Source of the DNA: an uncultured bacterium
Lineage (GTDB): Bacteria; Hinthialibacterota; Hinthialibacteria; Hinthialibacterales; JAKPRU01
DNA: 64,000 nt
Reading direction: 5' to 3'
Assembly: GCA_964612675.1 (NCBI GenBank)
Contig: CAZTDD010000010.1
Coordinates: forward strand, 12,187-76,186
Of this stretch, positions 1-10,287 are shown one piece after another (within the stretch, counting starts at the first letter, position 1; each line of letters opens with the position of its first letter). The notes under the pieces are model-generated. The model was not told the DNA's origin. It ran no database searches and saw only the letters and a program-made list of their open reading frames with translations. The translations under genes were made by a program, and so were the position numbers.

Positions 1-177
1 GGTGCTGACGACGGTCCTGCCCGGCTCGTGAGCCTTTCGAAGACCAATGGCAAACCGCTTGCCGATGTCCCGCTTGAGACTGAGCCTGTCCTGAACGGCA
101 TGGCCGCGGCGGGCGGGAAACTGGTCCTCACGCTTGAGAATGGGGAGGTTGTCTGCCTCGGAGGTGACGAGAAGTAG
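1..177 (+). CDS. C-terminal end of a PQQ/BamB-like beta-propeller protein (5' part outside window)
   Basis: Frame +1 open from base 1 to TAG at 175-177; reads ...PLETEPVLNGMAAAGGKLVLTLENGEVVCLGGDEK*, resembling the last blade of PQQ-binding-like repeat proteins. Confidence 0.6.
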   Translation, partial: GADDGPARLVSLSKTNGKPLADVPLETEPVLNGMAAAGGKLVLTLENGEVVCLGGDEK

Positions 178-228
178 CGACCTTGTGCGGGTTTGACCGG
201 ATTCAAACCCACGAAAACGGTACAAGCG

Positions 229-1134
229 TCAAGGATACTCTCTCAACAAGCGGAATCCGACATTACCACCGCGGTTGACAGGTGCGGCAGTTGTTCGATC
301 GGCCGATCGGCAAGCCCGTGCTTCTTCACTCCAATCGCCGCCTCGAATGACGCGCTTTCCACCCAAATCCGGGCCATGTGGATCTGTCTGCGCCTCCTCC
401 GAGTACTCTCGAAACTTATCTTGGCACCACTCACTGACATTTCCGCTCATATCGTACAATTTCCACGCATTCGGCGGCTTTTGGCCGACCGGATGCGTTT
501 GCCCCACAGAGTAGACCTGGCCATCCTTGAGCAATTTGCGAACCGAATTCCCTTCGTGCCATGCATATCGACTAATACCCGATTCCGAAGGATCGTCTCC
601 CCAGTAGAATCGCGTCGTTGTTCCTGCGCGGCAGGCGTATTCCCATTCAGCCTCTGTTGGCAGACGTATCGTTCCAACTCCGAGCTTGCTGATTTCGCGT
701 ATGAATTCCTGACAGTCCTCCCACGATACATTCTCGACCGGATGGTCTGGGTTCCCGGTGAAAAGGGACGGATTCCTACCCATCACGGCCTTCCACTGGG
801 CTTGTGTGACTTCGTACTTACCCAAATAGAATGGACGAGGAATCGTCACTGGATGTTGCGGACCCTCATTTGACGTTCGCCGAAACTTCGTCTTGTCATC
901 GCGCCCCTGCTCTGAGACAGATGAACCCATGAGAAAAGTCCCTGCAGGGATCAGAACCATCTCCAGTGGTTTGGCATTTGTGGATAAGCCGGGAATATCG
1001 AGGGTGATGGTCTTGCCAATTTCCTCGGAGCTCAAGGCGATGATGGGCCTCTCATCGCCGTCGGTTGTGCTACGGTCGTCTGAACAACCGAACACAGAGA
1101 GTAGCAGAACCAGACTCATCAATCCGCGCTTCAT
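229..1134 (-). CDS. Formylglycine-generating enzyme (FGE-sulfatase) domain lipoprotein
   Basis: Motifs GTFLMGS, EVTQAQW, RLPTEAEWEYACRAG, LYDMSGNVSEWC, RGG..GFRL; lipobox-like SVFGC after ATG at 1134. Confidence 0.85.
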   Translation of the reverse strand: MKRGLMSLVLLLSVFGCSDDRSTTDGDERPIIALSSEEIGKTITLDIPGLSTNAKPLEMVLIPAGTFLMGSSVSEQGRDDKTKFRRTSNEGPQHPVTIPRPFYLGKYEVTQAQWKAVMGRNPSLFTGNPDHPVENVSWEDCQEFIREISKLGVGTIRLPTEAEWEYACRAGTTTRFYWGDDPSESGISRYAWHEGNSVRKLLKDGQVYSVGQTHPVGQKPPNAWKLYDMSGNVSEWCQDKFREYSEEAQTDPHGPDLGGKRVIRGGDWSEEARACRSADRTTAAPVNRGGNVGFRLLREYP

Positions 1135-1452
1135 AATCCACCGCAAAACTCGGGAATAGGGCGAATTCGATCACATTGTGAGTCAATTGAGGGGAAGCGT
1201 AAAGAGGATTTCCTCTGGGAACAAGCGTTGCCGGCCCGAGCGTGGATTCTCATCGTTGCTGGCGAGACGCTGTAGGTGGCTGGACTTGCTAACGGTGCTA
1301 TGGAGGCGTGCGACCCAAACGGGCTGGGGCTCTGAGAAATCCGCACCAGCCGGTCTATTGGTCCTATTTCTTACCGGATTTGCCATGAAGTGATAAGGAT
1401 TATGACCGGTTGTCGATTGATTCGGAGGAGGTAACCTCTTCCGATACCGGTA

Positions 1453-2418
1453 TCATGGGGTCTCTTTCGTCTCAGGAACAGGCAGAATACGTAGTTCTTC
1501 GGAAGAGTCCGCGATCTGCGGTTCTTGCGACTTATGGGGTTTCTCTCGCTGTTGCGATCGGCCGGTTCTGGACCAGCGAAACCGAGTCTTGATACCTATT
1601 CTCAACCCTTCTTGGCGCAAATTGGTTTTGCGTCGCTGTTCTGAAATATCCATGTTTAAATCCCATACGCCTTGTTGCGCGGCTTTGATGACCACTCCCC
1701 GGTTGATGTTGAACTCGATTACTCCTCGGAGTTGAATTACCAAACCGCCGACCTGCACACCGCCGAGAATCATACCGGAAAGGTCCGTTGTCTTTCGATA
1801 GACAATCACGGCGACAGGGCCTTCATCGGTTTTCTGAATCCGGTTCAGCCGGTAAATCCAATGATTTGCGTCGGGTCCAGCTTGTACTTGGGTTTTGTGA
1901 ATCAGGCGGCCGAATTGGTCCCAGCTATCCCCTACGCGAACCGGTTTCGGTGGGAACGTTGGAAATTCGAATCCACCGGTTTCATCCAACGGGCCAAAGA
2001 CAGAGATACCCAGCTGTTCGAATGAAGGGCCTTCCCCTCCCTCCACACGACCAAGGGGTGAGACCGCGACACGGATTTGTTGCGCCCCGAACATCGCCTG
2101 CCGAAGCTCTTCGCCTGAGAGATCCTGATTGAGCGGTGTGCCTTCCATTTGGCCTTCGGTCCGGAGACGCTGCACGCTGACAACCATGTGTGCGTTCCTA
2201 TCGGTATCGACTGCCTCGACACGGTAGGCACGCACCATCCGCATTCGTAGCTGGGTTGCGGCTTTCTCACCGCTCAGATAGGAGTCTCCTTGCATCTCCA
2301 AATCGGTCACGGCTCTGCCCAGCTGGCCGGGCGCGAATTTGTGCCGGAGCAGAAATTCCTCAGCCAAACAAGGAAGCGCGATGAAAACGGCAAACGAAAG
2401 AATGAGGAGACGATTCAT
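1453..2418 (-). CDS. Secreted hypothetical protein (DUF6263-like beta-rich)
   Basis: 321-aa ORF with RBS and signal peptide; 'FPPKPVRVGDSW' motif. Confidence 0.6.
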   Translation of the reverse strand: MNRLLILSFAVFIALPCLAEEFLLRHKFAPGQLGRAVTDLEMQGDSYLSGEKAATQLRMRMVRAYRVEAVDTDRNAHMVVSVQRLRTEGQMEGTPLNQDLSGEELRQAMFGAQQIRVAVSPLGRVEGGEGPSFEQLGISVFGPLDETGGFEFPTFPPKPVRVGDSWDQFGRLIHKTQVQAGPDANHWIYRLNRIQKTDEGPVAVIVYRKTTDLSGMILGGVQVGGLVIQLRGVIEFNINRGVVIKAAQQGVWDLNMDISEQRRKTNLRQEGLRIGIKTRFRWSRTGRSQQREKPHKSQEPQIADSSEELRILPVPETKETP

Positions 2419-2511
2419 GGGTTCCTCTCCTTTGCGATTTCGACAGCCGATAAAAAGAGTATCACAATTCCAACAAATCGACGGCTGATGATTTGCCGAT
2501 CGGCCTTAAAG

Positions 2512-2544
2512 GACTCCCCCCGCCATGTCGACGGGGGGTGAGTC
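2512..2544 (-). terminator. GC-rich hairpin downstream of 2608..3681
   Basis: gactccccccg ... cggggggtgagtc inverted repeat; weak U-tract. Confidence 0.45.
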
Positions 2545-2607
2545 TTTACTGCTAAGCATTTTCAATTGTCGGAGACCCTTTACGCTGAAAGATACGACAG
2601 GAATCTC

Positions 2608-3681
2608 CTAGTACACCATCCAACCTTCGAGACTCGCCTGGCCTTCCATGAATGTCAGAATTCCGCGCGGCGCGTTGTGGAAGCCGCCTTCTCCCATGTC
2701 GTTCCAGTTGCTCAGGCCGAGTCCCATCTGTTCCAACGTAGCTCCATCCATGTAACAGGTCACATTGAACAGCCATTCCTCGCCCGGTTCCACATAGACG
2801 CCATTTTCATCGGGCTCCATAATCATCGGAAGCAGTGAGAAATCGATGTCGTCAGCAGTTTCCGCTTCGGGCAACGCCGAAAGACCAAGAGCACCATACG
2901 GTACCGCAACTTCTACGATGGGAACTCCCATCACCTCTTCTCCGGGAACAGCCCCTTCAATCAGGTGGGGAAGAGCGGCCAGCTGAAACGGGAGAACCCC
3001 CGCTTCCTCTGCAGCCGCCGGATCGGTGATCGGAGCCCAATCGCCTGGAGGTGTTGTTGTTCCGGTACAGCCTGTATGGAAGAATGGCGGTCCTTCAGCG
3101 CCTCGTACACCGAAATTACCCGGCCACATTTCATTCCCCGCCTCGTCCGTTTCAGGAAGAAGAGGGAAATAGCACAAGTGATAGGCGGGCGGGTTTTCGC
3201 CAACGTCGTTCCACCATCCCTCGTCCATCATTCCCTGCCAATTTGGCGTGGCGAAGAACTCGACATTGACACATTCACCATTGGCCCACCCGGCATACCC
3301 TTCATCGTCTAGTTCCAAATAATCGACATAATTGTCAGGGCCTTCGGGCCAGACCCAGCCGTTCATGTTGATGTATCTCATTTCCATACTCATCACGAAA
3401 TAGAAATACTCATCGTCGTACAGCGCCTTCCATTTGTATTCCGGCTCTATGACCTGCCCCCATAATGCGGCATCGTTGAAGCTGTGCCGCGTTCCGTAAA
3501 ACTCTCCGGTCCATTCCGCTCCCTGCCATTCCTCGTCCGAGTATTCCCCGTCGATCACAGGGGGATCGCCCGAAACCTTGTTCAACTCATAGGTCCTAAT
3601 TTCTGCCACCTCTTGGCTCAGCGCCGGAAGCGCGAGAACCGCTACAAACAGTACCGCGTACAAAACAACGTGACTTCTCAT
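2608..3681 (-). CDS. Secreted acidic protein with CBM9/DOMON-like N-terminal region and C-terminal WxxY tail
   Basis: AAAGGAG RBS before ATG 3681; signal peptide; PPVIDGEYSDEEW and KALYDDEYFYF motifs; ends QASLEGWMVY. Confidence 0.7.
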   Translation of the reverse strand: MRSHVVLYAVLFVAVLALPALSQEVAEIRTYELNKVSGDPPVIDGEYSDEEWQGAEWTGEFYGTRHSFNDAALWGQVIEPEYKWKALYDDEYFYFVMSMEMRYINMNGWVWPEGPDNYVDYLELDDEGYAGWANGECVNVEFFATPNWQGMMDEGWWNDVGENPPAYHLCYFPLLPETDEAGNEMWPGNFGVRGAEGPPFFHTGCTGTTTPPGDWAPITDPAAAEEAGVLPFQLAALPHLIEGAVPGEEVMGVPIVEVAVPYGALGLSALPEAETADDIDFSLLPMIMEPDENGVYVEPGEEWLFNVTCYMDGATLEQMGLGLSNWNDMGEGGFHNAPRGILTFMEGQASLEGWMVY

Positions 3682-3797
3682 AGGACATCTCCTTTCTGAT
3701 ACTGTCGCACCGTTGTACAGCGTGCTACGGTGTTCACCTTTGCAGCCGGCGATGTACAGATCTCCCTTCTGCAAAGCTCTCGGATCTCCACACCGGA

Positions 3798-3826
3798 AAG
3801 GTACTCCTCTCCTTCTGGCATGTCAA
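3798..3826 (-). promoter_or_regulatory. Sigma70-type promoter
   Basis: Minus strand TTGACA-17 nt-TACCTT about 115 nt upstream of ATG 3681. Confidence 0.55.
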
Positions 3827-3986
3827 TCACCTGGAAATGAGTTTTTTGAGGTTCTCTCATTTGCGATCCACAATGGAAGAGATCAGGACAGTCACGCCAA
3901 CCGAGCTGTGAACACCCGACCTGGACATCACCAACGCGCCACGGTATCACGGACACAGGACAGAACAGCGAAACGGAGGAATCCGG

Positions 3987-5354
3987 ATGAAACGACGGGA
4001 ATTTCTGAAAACCTCGGCGGCAATGACAGCGCTGGGCTCTTTGGGGTATCCATTGAACGCATTTGCGAAGAACGCCGGTTCGTCAGGAAACCGCCCGAAC
4101 ATCATACTGATCATGGCTGACGATCTCGGCTATGGTGACGTGGCCTGTTATGGCAACCCGAGAAACAAAACCCCGCACATCGACCGGCTCGCGAGCGAAG
4201 GCCTCAAATTCACCAACTTCCACGCCAACGGGCCGATGTGTTCACCCACACGGGCCGCGCTGCTTACAGGCCAATACCAGAACCGTTTCGGCAAAGCCTT
4301 CGAGGGGCCGCTTTCGGCGAAAAGGCCCCATATCGGCCTGCCCACGGATGCGGTGACGATTCCCCAGGTTCTCAAACAGGCGGGATACGCAACCGGCATG
4401 TACGGCAAATGGCATCTCGGCTACCAGCATCCCCACATGCCGACCGATTTCGGTTTTGACGATTTTCGCGGGCTATTGACCGGCGATGGCGACCATATCT
4501 CGCACATCAGCCGTTCCGGGAACGAGGATTGGTACCACAACGACAAGATCGACATGGAAGAAGGGTACAGTTCCGAATTGATCACAGACCACAGCATCGA
4601 TTTTATGAAGGAGAACAAAGACAAACCGTTCTTTCTTTATGTAGCTCATCTGGTCATTCATTTTCCCTGGCAGGCGCCCGGCGAAGAGGCGCATCGCGTC
4701 AAAGGCGGCGATTACTGGAACATGACCAAACTCGGTCCGCATCCGGAAGGTGAAGTCAAACCCGTCGTACAAGATATGGTCGAAGCGGTGGACAAAAGCG
4801 TCGGGAGAATCATGGCGGCGCTCAAGGAACTGGGGCTCGATGATAATACACTTGTTTTCTTTACCTCGGACAACGGCGGGTATCTCAATTACGCGGGCAA
4901 GTTCGAAGGCGAAATCTCCAGTAACGGCCCCCTGCGCGGTCAGAAGGGGGATGTCTGGGAAGGCGGCCATCGCGAACCCGCTATTGCCTGGTGGCCGGGA
5001 CGGATCGAGCCGGGGACGGTGACCCGCGAGACAGCGATGACGATGGACATGCTGCCGACCTACGCCGAGCTGGCGGGCGTCTCTCCACCGAAACAGGTTG
5101 ACGGTGCGACACTCACGCCGCTTCTGTTTGCAGGCAAACCGCTTCCCGAGCGGGATGTGTTCTGGCGAAGAGATGAGAATTGGGCTGTCCGGCGAGGGCC
5201 GTGGAAACTTGTGGGAACAGGTGAAGACTATCAGCTCTTCAATCTTCATGAGGATATCGGCGAAACCACGGATCTCGCAGACAAGAAACCAGGGCTGGTT
5301 AAGAATCTTCTTGAATCGTACAAAGCGTGGGAACGGGATGTAGACGGGAGGTAG
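3987..5354 (+). CDS. Arylsulfatase A-like sulfatase, Tat-exported
   Basis: KRREFLK twin-arginine signal; ADDLG, CSPTRAALLTG, GKWHLG, TSDNG motifs. Confidence 0.95.
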   Translation: MKRREFLKTSAAMTALGSLGYPLNAFAKNAGSSGNRPNIILIMADDLGYGDVACYGNPRNKTPHIDRLASEGLKFTNFHANGPMCSPTRAALLTGQYQNRFGKAFEGPLSAKRPHIGLPTDAVTIPQVLKQAGYATGMYGKWHLGYQHPHMPTDFGFDDFRGLLTGDGDHISHISRSGNEDWYHNDKIDMEEGYSSELITDHSIDFMKENKDKPFFLYVAHLVIHFPWQAPGEEAHRVKGGDYWNMTKLGPHPEGEVKPVVQDMVEAVDKSVGRIMAALKELGLDDNTLVFFTSDNGGYLNYAGKFEGEISSNGPLRGQKGDVWEGGHREPAIAWWPGRIEPGTVTRETAMTMDMLPTYAELAGVSPPKQVDGATLTPLLFAGKPLPERDVFWRRDENWAVRRGPWKLVGTGEDYQLFNLHEDIGETTDLADKKPGLVKNLLESYKAWERDVDGR

Positions 5355-5355
5355 A

Positions 5356-6759
5356 ATGAAAAGACGACTGTTCTTGAACACAATGGGTGCTGCAGCTGTC
5401 ACAGGCTCGTGCTGCCCGCTCCATCTACTGCATTCGACGGCTTCAACCGGCCGTCCACCGAACATCGTTTTCATCATGGCCGATGATCTCGGTTACGGCG
5501 ACCCGGGCTGCTACGGACAGAAGCTACTCAACACACCGAATATCGACCGGCTCGCCGCAGAAGGAATTCGGTTCACACAAGCGTACGCAGGAGGACCTGT
5601 TTGCACACCGTCCAGATGTGTGCTCATGACAGGTCTCCACAACGGTCACACGGCGGCGCGCGACAATATTCCGCATTACCACACCTATTTACAGGACGAG
5701 GATGTCACAGTCGCCGAAGTGCTCAAGAAGGCCGGATACCGGTGCGGCGGAGTCGGCAAATGGTCGCTGGGCGATGCGGGCACCGTGGGCCGTGCGACAA
5801 ACCAGGGATTCGATATGTGGTTTGGATATCTCAACCAAGACCACGCGCATTACTACTACACCGAGTATCTCGACGATAACGAGGGACGGCTCGAGTTGAC
5901 AGGCAACACTGAGTCGCGAGAACACTACAGTCATAACTTGATGACCGAACGCGCGCTGAAATACATCAGGGACAACAAAGATAATCCGTTTTTCTTCTAC
6001 GCCGCGTACACACTGCCTCACTTTTCGTCAAAAGACGAAGATCCGGATGGATTCGCGGTACCGTCGACTGAACCGTACTCCGAAAAGGACTGGGACGAGA
6101 AGACAAAGAAGTACGCTGCCATGGTCCACATGCTCGACCGGGACGTTGGTCGCATCGTAGACCTGATCGAGGATCTCGGCCTCACAGAGGAGACATTGAT
6201 CATCTTCACCAGCGACAACGGCGGACACAGCACCATCGAGGAGCAGATCGATACCAACGGTCCGTTACGCGGGCATAAACGGGATCTGACGGAAGGTGGG
6301 ATTCGTGTGCCGTTTATCGCAAGGTGGCCGGGCAAGATTCCGGCAGGGCAGACGAGCGACGAAATTGTGACGTTTTGGGACATGATGCCGACCTTTGCCG
6401 AACTGGCCGGTGCCGAGCCCCCATCGAATATCGACGGGATATCCGTTGCCGACGCACTCATGGGCGGTCAGGTTGAGAATCCACATGAGTATCTGTACTG
6501 GGACTACGGTCATTGTCGCGATCGCTACGACCAGGCCGTGCGCATGAGGAAATGGAAAGGGATCCGGTTAGGCCAAAACGCTGAAATCCAACTTTATAAT
6601 CTTGAAAACGATCTCGGCGAGGAGCATAACATTGCCGACAAACACCCGGATATTGTGAAGAGAATTGCAGAGATCATGGAGAAGGCTTTCGAGCCAAACG
6701 ACAGGTATCCCATCGGAAAGGAATACACCGGCGGCCCGATTTGGAAGAAGGAGAAATAG
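5356..6759 (+). CDS. Arylsulfatase A-like sulfatase, Tat-exported
   Basis: KRRLFL signal; ADDLG, CTPSRCVLMTG, GKWSLG, TSDNG motifs; starts 1 nt after upstream stop. Confidence 0.95.
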   Translation: MKRRLFLNTMGAAAVTGSCCPLHLLHSTASTGRPPNIVFIMADDLGYGDPGCYGQKLLNTPNIDRLAAEGIRFTQAYAGGPVCTPSRCVLMTGLHNGHTAARDNIPHYHTYLQDEDVTVAEVLKKAGYRCGGVGKWSLGDAGTVGRATNQGFDMWFGYLNQDHAHYYYTEYLDDNEGRLELTGNTESREHYSHNLMTERALKYIRDNKDNPFFFYAAYTLPHFSSKDEDPDGFAVPSTEPYSEKDWDEKTKKYAAMVHMLDRDVGRIVDLIEDLGLTEETLIIFTSDNGGHSTIEEQIDTNGPLRGHKRDLTEGGIRVPFIARWPGKIPAGQTSDEIVTFWDMMPTFAELAGAEPPSNIDGISVADALMGGQVENPHEYLYWDYGHCRDRYDQAVRMRKWKGIRLGQNAEIQLYNLENDLGEEHNIADKHPDIVKRIAEIMEKAFEPNDRYPIGKEYTGGPIWKKEK

Positions 6760-6885
6760 AAGGAGTTTTGACTCTGTTGGTATAGCGTCCCAGATATCCT
6801 GTAACTTCTCGTCATTGCGGGCGCAGAACCGGGGGAGCCGGTGATTTGAGAAAGAAAACGCAACTGTTTGCAGCCGGTCACTTTT

Positions 6886-6956
6886 CCGTCATCGCGAGCG
6901 AAGCGTGGCGATCTCTTTTAAAGGCCGAGATTGCTTCGCTTCGCTCGCAATGACGG
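6886..6956. repeat. REP-like palindromic element between convergent genes
   Basis: ccgtcatcgcgagcgaagcgtggcgatctc ... gagattgcttcgcttcgctcgcaatgacgg imperfect inverted repeat; degenerate half copy near 6810. Confidence 0.75.
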
Positions 6957-6999
6957 TCGCAGACTTACGACAATGGTAGAAACACCCTCGGACGTAACA

Positions 7000-8028
7000 C
7001 TACCGTTCATTCACGTCCGGATCGTACCGGAGACCCAACTCGTCCAGAATCTCGACAACGCGATCCGGCCGGTCGGACTGAATGTAATCCGCGCCATTCT
7101 CCGCACAATAGCGCGCGTATTCCGGCGTATCCGATTTCCCAAGACAATTGACGAATGCCTCAGCCCCCGCCAGGTGGGCCAATCGAAAACTTTCCTCCGT
7201 GACGGCATGCCAGTCCATGTTGATAATGGGCGGATGAAGCCGTTCAATAAGCAGCGGAATTTGTTTCGGATAATCGATTGTCGGACGAATGCGAATACGC
7301 GGTTCCAAATTGCGTAATCGTTCGCATCGTTCCCACGGACCGCAATGGGTGCATTTCTCGGCGATTCCGACCTCGTTCACAACATCGATTAGGTTCTCAA
7401 TATCTCCCGCCTTGAAATCGAGATCGGGATCGATACGGCCTTTCATCAGTTCCAACGATTCTCTCAATGTCGGCACTTTGAGACCTTTGTATTCTTCGCC
7501 TGCCCACGATCCGGCGTCCAACGAGCGGATGTACTCCAAGGTTAAATCCTCGACTCGTCCCGTCCCGTTGGTTGTTCGATCGACGGTTGCGTCATGCATG
7601 ATCACAAGGTGTCCGTCTTTGGTCTCACGAATGTCGATCTCGATGAGGTCCGCACCGACTTCAATGGCCTTCTCGAATGCCGCGAGTGTGTTCTCCGGCG
7701 GTCCCAGCTCCGCACCACCCCGGTGAGCGACAACGCGCACGCCCGGCCAGCGGAAGATCGTCTCCACGTCGTCGCCGTACAGCGCTTCGATTTTGGAAAC
7801 CCGGCCGTGGGTGCCGTGAATCCAGAACCGAGACATACGCCCGCCTTCCGGCACGCTAACGACAACATGATCGACGCCTTGGAGTGGGCGTATCGACCAC
7901 TCGGTTGCTGTGCGTCCCGTGTGCTTCTCAGCGACGTGGATCGCTTCCAGAAAAGTGACCGTCGTTGCTTGCGCGATATCAATGAGAGGGAGGGAAAGAA
8001 CAAGTAGAATAAGAAGGGTCCGTTTCAT
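7000..8028 (-). CDS. Secreted glycerophosphodiester phosphodiesterase (GDPD) with short PepSY-like N-terminal domain
   Basis: AHRGG, PENTLAAF, IEIDIRETKDG, MHDATVDRTT, PTLRE, IQSDRP motifs; signal peptide. Confidence 0.9.
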   Translation of the reverse strand: MKRTLLILLVLSLPLIDIAQATTVTFLEAIHVAEKHTGRTATEWSIRPLQGVDHVVVSVPEGGRMSRFWIHGTHGRVSKIEALYGDDVETIFRWPGVRVVAHRGGAELGPPENTLAAFEKAIEVGADLIEIDIRETKDGHLVIMHDATVDRTTNGTGRVEDLTLEYIRSLDAGSWAGEEYKGLKVPTLRESLELMKGRIDPDLDFKAGDIENLIDVVNEVGIAEKCTHCGPWERCERLRNLEPRIRIRPTIDYPKQIPLLIERLHPPIINMDWHAVTEESFRLAHLAGAEAFVNCLGKSDTPEYARYCAENGADYIQSDRPDRVVEILDELGLRYDPDVNER

Positions 8029-8204
8029 TTTGATTCGACCTTTGATTTAGTGAATGGTCTTTCTGTGAAAGAATAGCATAAGGGTATCGTGATGCTGGAG
8101 GATCGGTGGTTTTCGATCCTCCGCTACGAATACCGTCAACAGCGTACGAGAGATCTGTTAGTAGAAGATGAACTCTCGTATCTTTATGTTGGAGGTTAGA
8201 GATA

Positions 8205-9206
8205 ATGAGAAATCAAACAAAGACAAACTCGTTTGTCTGGTTTCTTTGGTTGTTCGTTTTTGCGGGCTTAGTAACCGAATTTGAATCGTATACACACAGC
8301 GCCTTTGCAGTCGATCTGCCATACGATAACCGATGTCCGGTAATTCACGACAACGACGATCACCGAGATGTATATACCGATGAATACTTGATGGCGTTGG
8401 CCCATCGCGGCGATATAGACCTGAAAGCACTGATTACTACGTACGCGCCGAACCAAAGGGAATGCAAACTTTTTGTGCAGGGCCGAAAAGAAATTGTCGA
8501 GAAAGCCCGCCGCAGCGGTATGAAAAACCTTCCGGTTGCGATGGCCGGAACAAACAATCGATTGAAAAAACCGGACTCGAACCGAATCGAGGATACCGAA
8601 CCGCTCGACTTGAAGGCAAGCGAGTTCATTGTGAAAGAAGCAAAAGACGCACGTCCGCGTAGACCGTTGGTGATCGTGACCGGCGGACAATTAACCACTG
8701 TAGCGAATGCGTATCTGCTCGATCCGGGCATCGCAGACAATGTAGTCGTGAGCGGCATTTTCGGAGTCGACCAAAAAGACTACAACGCCGGACTGGATTC
8801 GTGGGCCTGGACCATTGTGTTATCGAAGTTTCGCACCTTCGCCGTCCCCATCGGTCCCCCAAATAATCGCGGTACCGTGTATATGAAACCGCCGCACGTT
8901 CCCAAAGCAAGAATCGAATCGGAACTCCCGCAGACAATCGAATTCTACAAGTGGATGTTCGAGAAAGAACATCCCCACAACGAGCTACCTGCCGAACACG
9001 ATTTCGACGGCCAGGCGGCAATCCCGATCATGCGACCGGATTACATTACCAAAGTTGAACGATGGCGTCCTGTCGGAATTCTATCGAATGGAAATCCCAA
9101 ACTTGTCCGCGATGAGAATGGTCCGATTTACAAAGCGCTTGACGCCGACCAGAAGACCGCTACTGAAGAATTCTGGCGAGCCGTTCGAATCAACGACTTA
9201 CGCTGA
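8205..9206 (+). CDS. Secreted nucleoside hydrolase-like protein
   Basis: Asp-rich HDNDDHRDVYTD motif, ASEFIV, TGGQLTTVANAYLLDPGI, YN..LD motifs of IU-NH fold. Confidence 0.65.
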   Translation: MRNQTKTNSFVWFLWLFVFAGLVTEFESYTHSAFAVDLPYDNRCPVIHDNDDHRDVYTDEYLMALAHRGDIDLKALITTYAPNQRECKLFVQGRKEIVEKARRSGMKNLPVAMAGTNNRLKKPDSNRIEDTEPLDLKASEFIVKEAKDARPRRPLVIVTGGQLTTVANAYLLDPGIADNVVVSGIFGVDQKDYNAGLDSWAWTIVLSKFRTFAVPIGPPNNRGTVYMKPPHVPKARIESELPQTIEFYKWMFEKEHPHNELPAEHDFDGQAAIPIMRPDYITKVERWRPVGILSNGNPKLVRDENGPIYKALDADQKTATEEFWRAVRINDLR

Positions 9207-9253
9207 AGAGATGAAGCGAATCACAACGTACAATTCAATGATTTCACGCTGAT

Positions 9254-10216
9254 TTACTGCACATACTCCCGAATAAACTTCACGTTCTCCGGAGGGGTTT
9301 CATACGGCAGACAACCGGTGCCGAGCAGGCAATTCGGCCGTCGTGCGGCCAACGCCAGAATGCGATCGATTTCACGGGCGATATCCTCGTGGGTTCCCTG
9401 GGCGACCGTGAGCGGTTCGAGATTGATTCGAACCGCGACCTCGGGCCGCGACACCGATTTTTCTATGAAGACATCCTGATCGGTTTCAGCCGGGCAAATC
9501 ACATAGCCGGTGCCGGTTGCGAATATATCCTCCAGAATCGGAGCGGTATTGCCGCCGATAACACAGGGCACCGGCCGGCCGGTGATTTCGGAAGCGATCT
9601 CCATTGTACGCCGAAGAGCGGGCATCTCAATCCTGTGAAATTGTGTCGGTGAAAGCAACGGCGGGGCGGCGGCGGATTCGAAAAAGGCGACGTTCAGTCC
9701 CGCGTCGACAATGGCTCGGCAAAACGCAGCCTGGTTCTCCGCCAATTGGAACAGCCACTTTCTCGTTTCGTCGGGCTCAAGCGCCACGTTCTCCAACACT
9801 CGGCTGATGCCCATCAAATTGAACGCGATCGAGAACGGACCGCTCAACGGAATACGCACATCCGCCTCCGGCAGGTTTTCCGCAAGCCGTCTGCCCGTTT
9901 CGATTACCAGTGGAATGCGACCGTCGTTGGCGGGATCGAACGGCGCGAGTCGCAGCGCCTCTTCGAGCGAATCGACCAACGGTGTATGAATCGCCGGAAG
10001 CCCTTCACCCGTCGGTTCGTCGACTTTCGCTCCGTAGGCCTCCGGTTCGAGATTGTAGATATCGATGCCGACGATAACCGGCGCATGTTCATATTCCAGA
10101 TACGCTGTGCGGTGTGCGTCAAAAAGAAGTGTCGGATCGCGGGACACCTCCCAGGGGGTCCGCCGGATCAAGGCGGCGGCGTGTTCGTAAACCGACGGTG
10201 CGAACGGGATTTTCAT
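9254..10216 (-). CDS. Uroporphyrinogen decarboxylase/MtaA-CmuA methyltransferase family protein
   Basis: SGPFSIA, LLSPTQF, LGTGCLPYETPPENV motifs. Confidence 0.8.
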   Translation of the reverse strand: MKIPFAPSVYEHAAALIRRTPWEVSRDPTLLFDAHRTAYLEYEHAPVIVGIDIYNLEPEAYGAKVDEPTGEGLPAIHTPLVDSLEEALRLAPFDPANDGRIPLVIETGRRLAENLPEADVRIPLSGPFSIAFNLMGISRVLENVALEPDETRKWLFQLAENQAAFCRAIVDAGLNVAFFESAAAPPLLSPTQFHRIEMPALRRTMEIASEITGRPVPCVIGGNTAPILEDIFATGTGYVICPAETDQDVFIEKSVSRPEVAVRINLEPLTVAQGTHEDIAREIDRILALAARRPNCLLGTGCLPYETPPENVKFIREYVQ

Positions 10217-10287
10217 TGGTGATCTCCGAGGGTGGCGACAAAAGCCCTATTGCTTTCTACCACATCGATGGTCCAATACATACCATT

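Noticed and set aside
4473-5477. Long antisense ORFs (also 10539-11528 alternate frame, 49544-50482, 62421-63086)
   Set aside because: Shadows of well-supported genes, expected in GC-rich DNA
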